From: Ginkgo biloba
Lineage: Eukaryota > Plantae > Ginkgophyta
NCBI GenBank assembly: GCA_024626585.2
Contig: JANKJI020000004.1
Location: forward strand, 83,618,925 to 83,635,210
DNA length: 16,286 nucleotides
Reading direction: 5' to 3'
The notes under the pieces are model-generated. The model was not told where the DNA came from. It searched no databases and saw nothing but the letters and a program-made list of their open reading frames with translations. Positions 1 through 9,942 of the stretch are shown here, one piece after another (position 1 is the stretch's first letter; every line of letters starts with the position of its first letter). The position numbers and the translations under genes are program-made.

Positions 1-1856
1 ATAACGAAAAAACAAGAATCCAAGAGGACCCAAAAACACAAGAAAGCTAATTAGCATCATTGGTCGATGATGACAATGACCTTACTGAAGAACTACCCAT
101 AGAAATAGAAAGAGTGGAGATATCACTGTCAGATATAACAAGAATCCAAAAGCTTCATGCTTCCAAATTCATGGTTTCAATCAAAAGTCCAAGCTACTCA
201 TCATGGTCAACCCAAGAAGAACTCAAGTTCATTGACCCAAGGAAAGTCGAGCAATTGGGATTATATGTCAATCAATCAAACCCCTTCCAAGTCTCCATCC
301 TAGGACACAAATATTTATGTGTTAAGGAGCAATGGAAAATCTAAACCTCACAATTAGAGAGTACATGCTAAACTCAAGTTTCTTTTCCTTACCCATAGGT
401 GGAATCAACATGGTTCCTAAAACTCAATAGACAAGAACACTCAAAACATGTGGAACAAACCATAACAAAAATTTTATGAAGTTCAAACCTAATGGAACAA
501 ACTACATCGTTCATAGAATACATGCCCCACCAAATCAAATATTAGATTCTAAGAACATGCATAATATCCTTAAGATAAGCCATATTTGATTCATAGCACA
601 ACTATGTTCCACAAAAGCACAACCACAATAGGAACACAACCAACAATCTAACGATCCCACCATCATAAATAGATGCCAACTTAAGGATTAGTATATTTTC
701 TTTGAACATAAGCTCTTCTTAACCTTCCTCTTCATAAATAAAGGTCTTTTGTCTTTCCTAGACCTAATTAATGCATTACAACTTCTCTTAGATTTTTTCA
801 AGCCTGTTAACCAACTTTAACTGACCTTTGATCAAGTTTTATTGGGATTGGACTAGGTTTTATTGAGTTATAATATCAAATAGGACTTCATCTACTAAAT
901 AAGCCTCATAAAAGTTGTGAAGAAGTAGTAGTTAGCCTTTGGCCTAGTCTAAGGTAGTAAGATAGTAATAAGTGTGAGGTGATAGGTTATCCTTCAATAA
1001 GCATGGCATAGAAGATGCTTTCTCTAAGTTACAATTAGACATAGCAAACTAAGAATGATGAGGGTAAAAGAGTCCCCATGACCTACTTATATAGTCTTAG
1101 GTGCTATTAGGATGACTTCTAAGGTCAGATAACATTAAAAATATATTTTGTGCACTGACACCTTAAGTTAAGGGACATATGGCCTTAAGAGAAGGGGCAC
1201 TTAGCATAAGGTATCATTTTTCACCTTTTTGATATTCTTAAGTATCTCTTAAGGGTCCCATAAGTTAAGTTGGCTAGAATCTTAAGGGTTAATGTGCACA
1301 TTTCTAAAATAAGGTCTTTATTAGAGTTTTTCTTTAATGATAAAGGTTGTTACCCTCTAAAAGGATTATTTAAAGTACCTATAGTCTTTTATTCACTAGT
1401 TCCCCTAGTAAAAAACTCTTTGAATTCCTTTGACCACCTTTGAACAATTTCGATTAAGATTTGACTAGGTTTGGCCAACCTTTGATTGGGGTTGAATGGG
1501 ATTGTGATATCTCTCCATTACATACAAATATCAATCCCTAATGAGGCCCACTTATCTACAAAAATGTGTTGATTCCTAAATGGCATCCTCCCTAGGTTTG
1601 TTGGACCCTTGAATCAAGTGCTCTCTTGATGTTTTGGGCACTTTCTCTTAATATGGTTTTCCCCACACTTATAATATTCTATAGGTTCCTTTCTTACCTC
1701 TTTATTTTTTTAATTATAAGTTTTATANNNNNNNNNNNNNNNNNNNNNNNNNNNNNNNNNNNNNNNNNNNNNNNNNNNNNNNNNNNNNNNNNNNNNNNNN
1801 NNNNNNNNNNNNNNNNNNNNNNNNNNNGCTTGGACTATGGTTTCCCAGGTTGTGAC

Positions 1857-2111
1857 TGTTAGGAATATTAATGTTATTAGGAGTCATATTGAGTTAATAT
1901 TAAATGTGATCACATAGTTGAGGTTAAGGGTAGTTAGGGTTAGTACTTAAGCAGTTATGTCCTCTATGGGTATAAATAGAGACGTGTAATGTATAATGAC
2001 CAAATTAATATAATCATTATTGTGTGAATCTCTTGTTATGATGGCGNNNNNNNNNNATCAGAGTATCGACGTCATGCCAATACTCTGAGAGTATGCGTAC
2101 TTTGAAATCCA
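1857..2111 (+). mobile_element. 5' LTR of a Copia-like retroelement
   Basis: Starts TGTTAGG (1857) and ends TCCA (2111). It contains TATAAATA at 1971-1978 and is followed after a 3-nt spacer by a tRNA-Met PBS. Includes a 10-N gap. Confidence 0.7.
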
Positions 2112-2114
2112 ATA

Positions 2115-2126
2115 TGGTATCAAAGC
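2115..2126 (+). promoter_or_regulatory. Primer-binding site complementary to initiator tRNA-Met
   Basis: TGGTATCAAAGC differs by one base from the canonical plant PBS TGGTATCAGAGC and lies directly after the LTR-terminal CA. Confidence 0.8.
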
Positions 2127-3162
2127 AGGTTCAATAACCTGTGTGTACATATTCGTGTTGTGAAGAAATTTTGTTACTACATTGTTGTGTTTTTGGAGAT
2201 GACTGCCTACCCTAAATTTTTTAATGAAAAAGTCCAAGCGGGTTCAAGTTTGAAGAACGCTCCACAGTCGTACATGTTGCAGAGACAACCATGGAAGAAA
2301 AAGGGTTAAAACCATAGGGCGCACGATTGAAGAATTGGTTCAAGATACTAGGTTAAATTCTAAGGCAAATTCGAATTTGTTGAAGAAACCAAACCAAAAA
2401 AAAAGGAAAATGTGGAACCATGTAGAAGAACCAAAACGTGTCTATGAAGTAAATGTGCCCTAGTGCGTATAGTTGCAGGTATACATGTCCATCTGTGGTG
2501 TAGCAGTTCGAAGAAAACGCGTCCAACGCGTGGTGAAGCAATCTGCAGGTTTGTGACTGTTACAATCTCAAAAGAAAGGGCAGAGCCGCACATGATGCAC
2601 CAAGGAGTTCGTGGAAGGAGCCTAGTGGACGTTCACACTACTCTGCAGAAGAAATTGGGCAAGGAGAAGAAACATCAGTGAAGAGGATGCGTGGTGGAGT
2701 GCCAAGGGTTGCAGGTTACACAGAGCGCACCCATATCCGAAGAAGATATGCGGGAGTGTCAACGTCGTCCGAACATAACAACGCCCAGGAGATAAAGGCA
2801 CTCGGAGAGAGCTAGAAGAATGCTCGTTTGAGAGTGTCGAAGCTAATACATCGACGTGGGAGTAACGCAAGATGTAGATCTGGCCACACGAGAGAAAACT
2901 TCCTAGGCGTGAGCCGTAGAAGTATTAGCCCAAGTGTTGTTTGAGTGAAGGTGATATGCAAGGGCACCGAAACTCACCAAATGCGTGGATGACAAGCATC
3001 GCACCGTTCGAGCAGGGAAAATACGCCCAGGTGAAGATTCGAAAAAATGTGAAGAAGAACAGAGTTGGATTGGGAGTGATGCCCTTGATCGATGAATTTG
3101 TCGAGCAAAGATGAAATTGCTGAGACAAATCATGTAATGTAAAGACCCCAAATGATGAGTTT
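2127..3162 (+). mobile_element. Internal region of a non-autonomous Copia-like element (no intact ORF)
   Basis: Follows the PBS, purine-rich on the + strand and CpG-rich. There is a faint RT-like trace at 2880-2935 (LATREKTS*A*AVEVLAQ, cf. TRPDISYAVGVLSQ) and ..KGT near 2960. Runs into the gap at 3163. Confidence 0.5.
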
Positions 3163-4281
3163 NNNNNNNNNNNNNNNNNNNNNNNNNNNNNNNNNNNNNN
3201 NNNNNNNNNNNNNNNNNNNNNNNNNNNNNNNNNNNNNNNNNNNNNNNNNNNNNNNNNNNNNNAACTCTCCAATATGATCCCCTTTGGTCATAGCCCCCAA
3301 TAGACTTGACTCCATAGAACCAAACACTAGCCCTCCAATGGTTCGGATGGCACATCATAATCCCTAATTTTAAATTTTTTTCTCTAAACTCTCATTTTAA
3401 ACTTAAGTTATGTTTAAGAACACAGAGAAGACAAAATCTCTTTTGATTACATATGGAACAAAAATAATCAATTTATGTACTATTGAAAATTATTTTATTG
3501 TCACATTATTTTGGCATATTATGACAACTAGAGCCATTTTTGATACACAAGCAACTTAATACTAACCAAACTTCCCATCAATTGAATTATCTTTGTCATT
3601 TGATGATTAACTTAATTATAAACTTTTTTTATCGATTTTATGGCTTCCACTCCTCAATTTATTACTGAGCCCTTTAGTATGTGATTACGAGAAAGTCCAT
3701 GGAAAGCAAATAAAGACTAGGGATACTAGAATCCCTGTCTCTATTATAAATCTTTGCTTAAGAAAAAAAACACAATAAATCTTAAAAAAAAAAAAATCAA
3801 TTACAATTCTTTTTTACAGCCCACGCGTTTCAAGTGAGAAGTTTACAATAAATTTATTATTAATGGATACGGCTAACAAAGGTTAAAGTTTAAACGGTGC
3901 AATAAATGGTCTGAGCCGGTCACTTTCCGTTTCACTCAAACGACACAAGAGCAAGCGGTAAATAAGGCGATGTGCCCCCGTCGTACACGGCGAAATTTTT
4001 TTACGTAAGAGTAAATTTGCGGAGTATTTAGGTTTCGGAAAAAGAGAGGGAACTTGAGCTAAGCGTGGTAATGCAGGAGTGACCACACGGAGTTTTAAAA
4101 TCAGGGTTTTGGTTGATGAGGGCATGAGCCGTCATCAGTTGCGCTGTTTAGCGTGTAATGAATTCATTTACTGCCGCTGAGTGGTGGCGTTGGTTGTGGT
4201 GCAAATGAAAATTGGATTGTAATTAACTTATCCATTAATTCATCAAATGCATTATGGTGCTCCACTTCCTTTAAGATCTTG

Positions 4282-4522
4282 CCCCCATCTATAAAAGACT
4301 ATCTTCTATAAGATTCCAAAGTGTAGGCAACACATGATAAGCTTAAAGAAGCACAACAAATCTTAAACATTTTAAAGGACAACCTAGCATGGCTTGAAAC
4401 AAGACGGAACGGTGAGTAGACCAACATACATGGAAAGAAAATTTGACTTAGGTGACATGGTATTTGTCCATCTCCAACCATATAAGCAAGCCTCCTTAAA
4501 AATGAGGGGCAAAGAGAAATAG
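4282..4522 (+). mobile_element. Ty3/Gypsy integrase C-terminal fragment, degenerate
   Basis: PPSIKDYLL*DSKV*ATHDKLKEAQQILNILKDNLA / (frameshift) A*NKTER*VDQH / (frameshift) ERKFDLGDMVFVHLQPYKQASLKMRGKEK*. This matches the conserved LKDNL..AQNRMKQQADQHRSERxFxVGDxVFLRLQPYKQxSL segment that precedes the GPY/F motif. Confidence 0.85.
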
Positions 4523-5417
4523 CAATGTGTTGTGCTTAGGTGCTTTTCACTTGCCATGTTGACCTTCTATGTTGCCAACTTTACATGATGAACTAATTTA
4601 CCATCTATTGAAATTAGATTGGCTCCTCAACAATTGCCATATCCTCGTAGACCATATGCATACATTGCACCATAAATGCCTCATTTTTGCTAAATTTTGG
4701 TTCTTCCTTTTCTAAAATGAATTCTTTCGATCATGACACAAGACTATTGCCATCCTTAATGCAAAGCTTACTATAGAATTTATCAATAACTTCTACACAT
4801 TGCTTGTAACATAGATTGTATTGACCTTGATGGAACTAACAAGATTGTTCTTCATTACCTAAAAGATTATTCTCTATTTTAACAAGCTATTGGTCGATCT
4901 ACTAAGGAAGCAAAAAAATTATGTGCTTGAATTGTCTTAGAAATGTTGCTTGCCTTTGAAACCTACATTACTCTTTTGATGTATTATTCAATGGATATGG
5001 AATTGTGATTTGGAACTATATCCCTAATATAATTCCAAGTTGATTGTGTAGTTCTCCCCAATCTTCTAGATTATCTTAATGTGCCAAATATATATTGTAC
5101 ATTGCTCCAAATAAAGTTGTTAGAAATTCCTTTGACCATTTTTCATAACCCCATATTTTGTGAGTGATCCATCCAAAAACACATTTTAACATATTCCCCA
5201 TTGCACTCCATGACATGGTCTAGAATAAGATAAACGATTGGTTGCTACCTCCTTTTTCTTTGGTTTTGTATCTTAAACTACCACCTTAGAAACTTGGGTC
5301 ATGCATGCAAACTTTAGGGTTGCACCTTCGATAATCAAGGTCATATCTACAAGAGTCAAGGTTGCACCCACCTCTGAGTGCAATTGATCAAATATATCAA
5401 ACTCATCCTCATGTGGG

Positions 5418-5451
5418 AATGTTTATTTGAAATCAATGTTTATTTGAAATC
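5418..5451. repeat. Perfect 17-bp tandem duplication
   Basis: aatgtttatttgaaatc twice (5418-5434, 5435-5451). Confidence 0.9.
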
Positions 5452-5616
5452 TACTTCATACTCAAGCTCATTGCATTGACAACATTACATTGTCACTACT
5501 TCATATTGTTCTTGCATCCAATGACCCACATGTGACATTGAATCAATATTGTTTGATTCATGCTTGGATTCTCCATACTAGTAGAGTTTGTGAGAAAATT
5601 CCAATGTAAATATTTT

Positions 5617-5977
5617 TATGCCAACTAGGAGAAGAAGAGGTAAACCATAACAATGCAACAAGTGCATACAGTGACACAAAATTAAAATAATGACATTGCA
5701 TTTACGAGTAGAGAACTACAATCCTGGGGAAGGCAACCTAACAATGCTTCCACCCATGCACCAAATACTCAAATCAAATCTCTTCCTTTGTCTCTTCCAT
5801 CACATTATCCTTCACATACGCATCTTTGGAGCAGTTCAATTGTTAACAACTTATTCTCATTACATTTATAAAATTACATTAGGGCTTAATACTAACTTGA
5901 CCCTAAAGTGAGCATGTAATCACATTACAACAAGAAGTAAACGCCAATACTTGACCTACATGTCTTATTTCCTTGCC
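5617..5977 (-). repeat. Dispersed LTR-like repeat, copy 1
   Basis: Colinear with 9586-9942. Shared blocks include atgccaa.t.ggag, gaggtaaaccat, ccacccat.caccaaata, cagttcaattgttaac.acttattct, tacattagggcttaatactaac and gaccctaaagtgagcatgt. Strand inferred from the TATA-like motif in copy 2. Confidence 0.8.
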
Positions 5978-6591
5978 AATAGGAATAATAGTATTATCAN
6001 NNNNNNNNNNNNNNNNNNNNNNNNNNNNNNNNNNNNNNNNNNNNNNNNNNNNNNNNNNNNNNNNNNNNNNNNNNNNNNNNNNNNNNNNNNNNNNNNNNNG
6101 GTCCTAGGAGAAAATATATTTATAGGGGATCACCTTTGGCTTTGACATACTTTTGTATAGACTAGATGCCTTAAGGGAGAGAATGTCACTTTTATATTCA
6201 ACATCATCCTCTAATATATCTTCCTCATCTGTGAAGAACATCTTTTCCCTCTCTATCATGATGTCACATCACTATAAGTTTGGAGGTTCTTATCATTCAA
6301 TATCTTCTTCCTAAAATGAGATTCAATAAATTTGAGATGGAATATGGCAAGAAGATTAGGAGAAACATCTTTGGGAGCGATAGGATTTGAGACTCAGTTC
6401 CTTTCCCTTCTAGAGGGTCACTCGAGAAGCATAAATTCACCTTGAAGAGCTGACCCTATAAATAAATGTTGATAGAGGTTTTCCAATAGGTGTAGAAACA
6501 TATAACGAGTAGATATAGGTAATCTAAACCATTCAAGAGGTGAAAACAAGGATAAGACAACATTCCATTANNNNNNNNNNGGATGCACATA

Positions 6592-6823
6592 TGTACGGAA
6601 TAGAGGTTTCATTAGATGAGGGGCAGTCCTGAACCTAGGATTGCCCAGTGCATTACATCCACAGGGACATCCTCCACTCTCTCCCTTTCCCCCTACCATG
6701 ATCAACAACATACATTACATATATAGGTGGCAGAGTTTGTTGAGCAACCCAACTTCCAACCGCCCACCTAATTCCTCACTAATTATATCATATTAATGTA
6801 TATTGACCATCTAACACTCCCCC
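6592..6823 (-). mobile_element. Copia-type polypurine tract plus 3' LTR
   Basis: The minus strand reads GGGGGAG (6823-6817, PPT) immediately followed by TGTTAG (LTR start at 6816). TATATA lies at about 6720-6725 and a plausible CA end at 6592-6593. The right boundary is firm; the left is approximate. Confidence 0.6.
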
Positions 6824-7560
6824 ACACCTAAAACTCTATCTCATCCCAAGAAAATTCAATTTGCAAATTGGTAGTGCCTCATCTAGATTTGAGGTCACTA
6901 TTCTTATAGAACCATGACATCAATCGGTCCGCAATTGATCGTAGTAGCCACCAATTGATAGGTGATGGATTTGAATACATGATGCAATGAACAAAAATGT
7001 GCTACCATCTACATGTAGATACAACTTTCGGTCCCTCTCTTTTTCTTACTTTCTCAACCTTTATTCTAGCATAGTTCTTTAGCAAACCTTTTACCTGTCT
7101 GGTGTTCAACACATTTTCATCATTTCTATTGCTAGACATGCCCTAGGACATGAAATTTTTTATAACCCTCGCTTTCTAGAAAGAAACTTCTAGAAATTAC
7201 ATCAAACCTTTATGAACAAGATGAAAAACTCTCTCTTTTTACATAGAATTATTGTTGCTACTTCTCCCCCTCAACAAATGAGATTGCAATCCCTTATACT
7301 CCAATCATGGTTCGAGTCTTCAACAAATCCCCAAGTTTTCAGCATTACATGTTCCACTTCACAAGTTATTCTCGTTAAATGTCAACATGATCTAGGTCAA
7401 CACTGTTGGTTGGAAAATCAACTTCTATATCGATAGTGACAAAATCATATTTGATGTCTAATGCTTTACAATCAACAAGTGGAGACTTCGATCGCTTCTA
7501 GTGCTTCGACGTCGACATGGTCAAGGGTCAAATGTTCATAGACAACTAATCTTGTATTTG
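6824..7560 (-). mobile_element. Probable degenerate internal region of the Copia-like element upstream of the PPT
   Basis: Contiguous with the PPT and purine-skewed on the minus strand. No intact ORF, PBS or 5' LTR was recognised. Boundary uncertain. Confidence 0.3.
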
Positions 7561-7694
7561 ACAACTCAACAATTGGAACTCTAGCTTCAACAACTAGAAA
7601 TTTGACTCAACAATTTTAACTTTGACTCTAACTTTACAACAACTTCAACTTAATCACAAGACTTCAGAGGAAAAGAGAAGAAAAGGAAACACAC

Positions 7695-7791
7695 CCTGGA
7701 CTGGGACAAACCCAGTCACCATCTCGACCAACCCCTCCTCTCTGGCCACCCCCTATACGATCCCTGCCTTGGCCCCCTGCACCGCCCCCGC
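7695..7791 (-). CDS. TAF15b: Internal exon of an RGG-rich RanBP2-type zinc-finger RNA-binding protein (FET family, TAF15b-like); partial gene
   Basis: The minus strand reads ttcttgcAG|GC GGG GGC GGT GCA...GAC TGG GTT TGT CCC AGT CCA GG|GTgtgt. This is a 97-nt exon (phase 1 in, phase 2 out) encoding (G)GGGAGGQGRDRIGGGQRGGVGRDGDWVCPSP(G). RDGDWxCP matches the start of the RanBP2 zinc finger (W-x-C-x2-4-C...), and Gly/RGG followed by RDGDWxCP is the layout I recall for plant TAF15b. GC-rich relative to the flanks. The symbol is tentative; other RanBP2-ZnF proteins are possible. Confidence 0.72.
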
Positions 7792-7906
7792 CTGCAAGAA
7801 ACCAACNNNNNNNNNNNNNNNNNNNNNNNNNNNNNNNNNNNNNNNNNNNNNNNNNNNNNNNNNNNNNNNNNNNNNNNNNNNNNNNNNNNNNNNNNNNNNN
7901 NNNNNN

Positions 7907-8167
7907 GACACTGGACTTCATGCTTGAGCTTCCATAGTACTTTACAAAGTGTCTTCAATATGCTACTGGTGAATCTTGATCCCCAAAGTTGATGTCTTGC
8001 TTCTTCTTTGCCCAACAATTGGCAATGTTTGCATGGCCTAAAGATTTGTACGAGCCTTAGTGACCCTGGACTTCATCCTTGAGCTTCCATAGTACTTTAC
8101 AAAGTGTCTTCAATTTGTTACAAGTGAATCTTGATCCCCAGAGTTGATATCTTTCTTCTTCTTTGCT
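7907..8167. repeat. 155-bp tandem repeat, at least 1.7 copies, probably within the chromovirus 3' LTR
   Basis: ctggacttcat.cttgagcttccatagtactttacaaagtgtcttcaat...gtgaatcttgatcccca.agttgat.tctt.cttcttctttgc starts at both 7911 and 8066. Abuts the gap and lies just downstream of the PPT on the minus strand. Confidence 0.9.
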
Positions 8168-8221
8168 TCCTTTTGATTAAGCGTATTGCTTTTGTTGCAA
8201 TTGTAAAATCTCTTCCTTCTT

Positions 8222-8892
8222 GCTTAAGCTCATTGCCTCTATTGAGTCCATGCTTTTAGTAGAATGTTGTAGATTCCCATGCTGCCTCCTCAACTAGTCT
8301 ATTCGACCATTTCACTAAGTGCTCCTTAGTTTCTCTATTCTAAAGTTTCCACACTCTTGCATGCAAAACCTTGATAATTTTATGAGCTATCTCCTATACT
8401 TCTTGTAGATCGACATAACTTAGCAACATATTATCACATTTTGAGGGTTCTTTCTTCTATACACAAACATGGAACACTAGATTGATTTTGACTTGAGGTG
8501 GTAGCTATCACTTATAAGTTGCTTTGCTTATCTTTTTCAATATTTTATATGGTCTGCAATAACTTGGAGATTGATTTATTCACTTTCATGTTGATAAAGA
8601 AATAATGGCTTAACTACACCATGCCTCCTAATTGGACTGATCATAGTTCCTTTTTTGATTTGCATATAAGTTTTCTCTCAACTGTGCTCTTTCTAAATTT
8701 CCCTTGCATAGTTTGAGTTCTTTTTGCCTCTCTTCCACCATTTCCAATGCCATTAAAATTCTTCATATAGTCGACACCTGCAGCAATGCATACTAAGTCA
8801 ACAGAGTGAATATATGTCTTTAAGAGCTTATGTGATCTCTTGGTAAAATGCCTCAATGTCAACCTTTGGCCTCCATGTAGTGCATGGTGCAT
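8222..8892 (-). mobile_element. Chromovirus (Ty3/Gypsy) integrase C-terminus with GPY/F region and chromodomain, degenerate
   Basis: Minus-strand translations: ELKLCKGNLERAQLRENLYANQKR (about 8650-8725); SPSYCRPYKILKKISKATYK**LPPQVKINLVFHVCV (8460-8570; cf. LSPRYxGPYxI...VAYxLxLP...IHPVFHVS); KVLHARVWKL*NRETKEHLVKWSNRLVEEAAWES (8271-8372; chromodomain YLVKW...EATWE). A purine tract aagaaggaagaga follows (about 8209-8221). Multiple stops and frameshifts. Confidence 0.85.
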
Positions 8893-9585
8893 GAATCAAA
8901 GGTGAATGCCCTCAATCGTCTTCCCTCCTTAACCCAAATCGTGATATGTAGTAATAGCACAAAAGATAAATGATGTCTTCAAGAGAGCAAGGTTGAAAGA
9001 CTTCTACCAGAACAACTACTAAGTAAAATCGCTCATGGTGTCATGACGTCTACTTGACCTACCAGACACATTTCTAGACCTCTATACATTTCTCACAATG
9101 GGAAGGATAGGCTAACTTGAACACTTCCCTATGGAACCTTAAGTTCNNNNNNNNNNNNNNNNNNNNNNNNNNNNNNNNNNNNNNNNNNNTAAGACAACGC
9201 GTACAATTATAAAGAAATATCTGCCATCGACAAACCAATCACCACAAGAAATCCAATCACAACTCACCTAGAAACTACTACAATTTCCCTCGTTTATAAC
9301 TATAACCATCACTTCTAGACTAGCTAAAACAAGTAAGTTTTCCATGATAAATCCTTGGGATAAGGCCACCAAGGCTTTATGTTGCTTCTATCTTTGGAAA
9401 AGATCATCCAGTATTGTTGGTGTGCTCGTATACCTAATATTCTTTAAATATATTTTACTTTATGAATGGCTCCCCCGTTGTGTTGTTGTCACAACCCATG
9501 GTGTACAAACACCTTTAGAAATCAACAACCCTTAAAGGTTCCATCATAGCAACCACACTATAATTTTGGCATAAATATGGGCTTC

Positions 9586-9942
9586 CATGCCAATTGGGAG
9601 AAAACGAGGTAAACCATGGCAATTAACAATTGCAAATAGTAAAACAAGATTAGGGAATAATGGCTTTGTATTTATAGAAAGGGAAGTACAAGCCTAGGAA
9701 AGGTAGCCCAACAAGGTTGCCACCCATTCACCAAATAGGTAGATCAGATCTCCTCCTACATCACATACTCCTTCATATACACATGCTATGAACCATTAGA
9801 ACAGTTCAATTGTTAACGACTTATTCTAATTATATCTTACTACATTAGGGCTTAATACTAACCTCGACCCTAAAGTGAGCATGTGATTACACTACAAAAT
9901 GAAGTCATGTCAATACTTAACCTACAAGCCTAGTTTCTTTCC
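9586..9942 (-). repeat. Dispersed LTR-like repeat, copy 2
   Basis: Same-orientation diverged copy of 5617-5977. TATAAATACA on the minus strand at about 9667-9676. Truncated by the gap at 9943. Confidence 0.8.

Noticed and set aside
60-344. 94-aa ORF (MVDDDNDLTEEL...)
   Set aside because: Non-ATG start, no recognisable domain or splice context, and set in CpG-depleted repeat-like DNA.
650-1520. LTR-like region with clustered CTTAAG motifs and a TATA-like tract near 1088
   Set aside because: Probably an LTR, but no termini, PBS/PPT or second copy could be established.
3263-3357. Possible LTR start on the minus strand (TGATGTGCCATCC)
   Set aside because: Only 95 nt before a gap, with no corroborating features.
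3691-3698. GAAAGTCC, resembling the RNase P/MRP CR-I motif
   Set aside because: No complementary P4 partner (CR-V) downstream; AT-rich unstructured context.
4025-4112. Telomerase-RNA-like template (minus-strand aaaaccctga, aaacctaaa)
   Set aside because: Neither gives a full CTAAACCCT-type template, and no USE/TATA Pol III promoter was recognised.
4600-5265. Possible L1-LINE 3' remnant on the minus strand (TKEKGG, NFIWS, RHLWCNVCIW)
   Set aside because: The motifs are too short and lie in inconsistent frames or order; an HMM search is needed.
7300-7325. tRNA T-loop-like GGTTCGAGTC
   Set aside because: No cloverleaf, A-box or acceptor stem around it.
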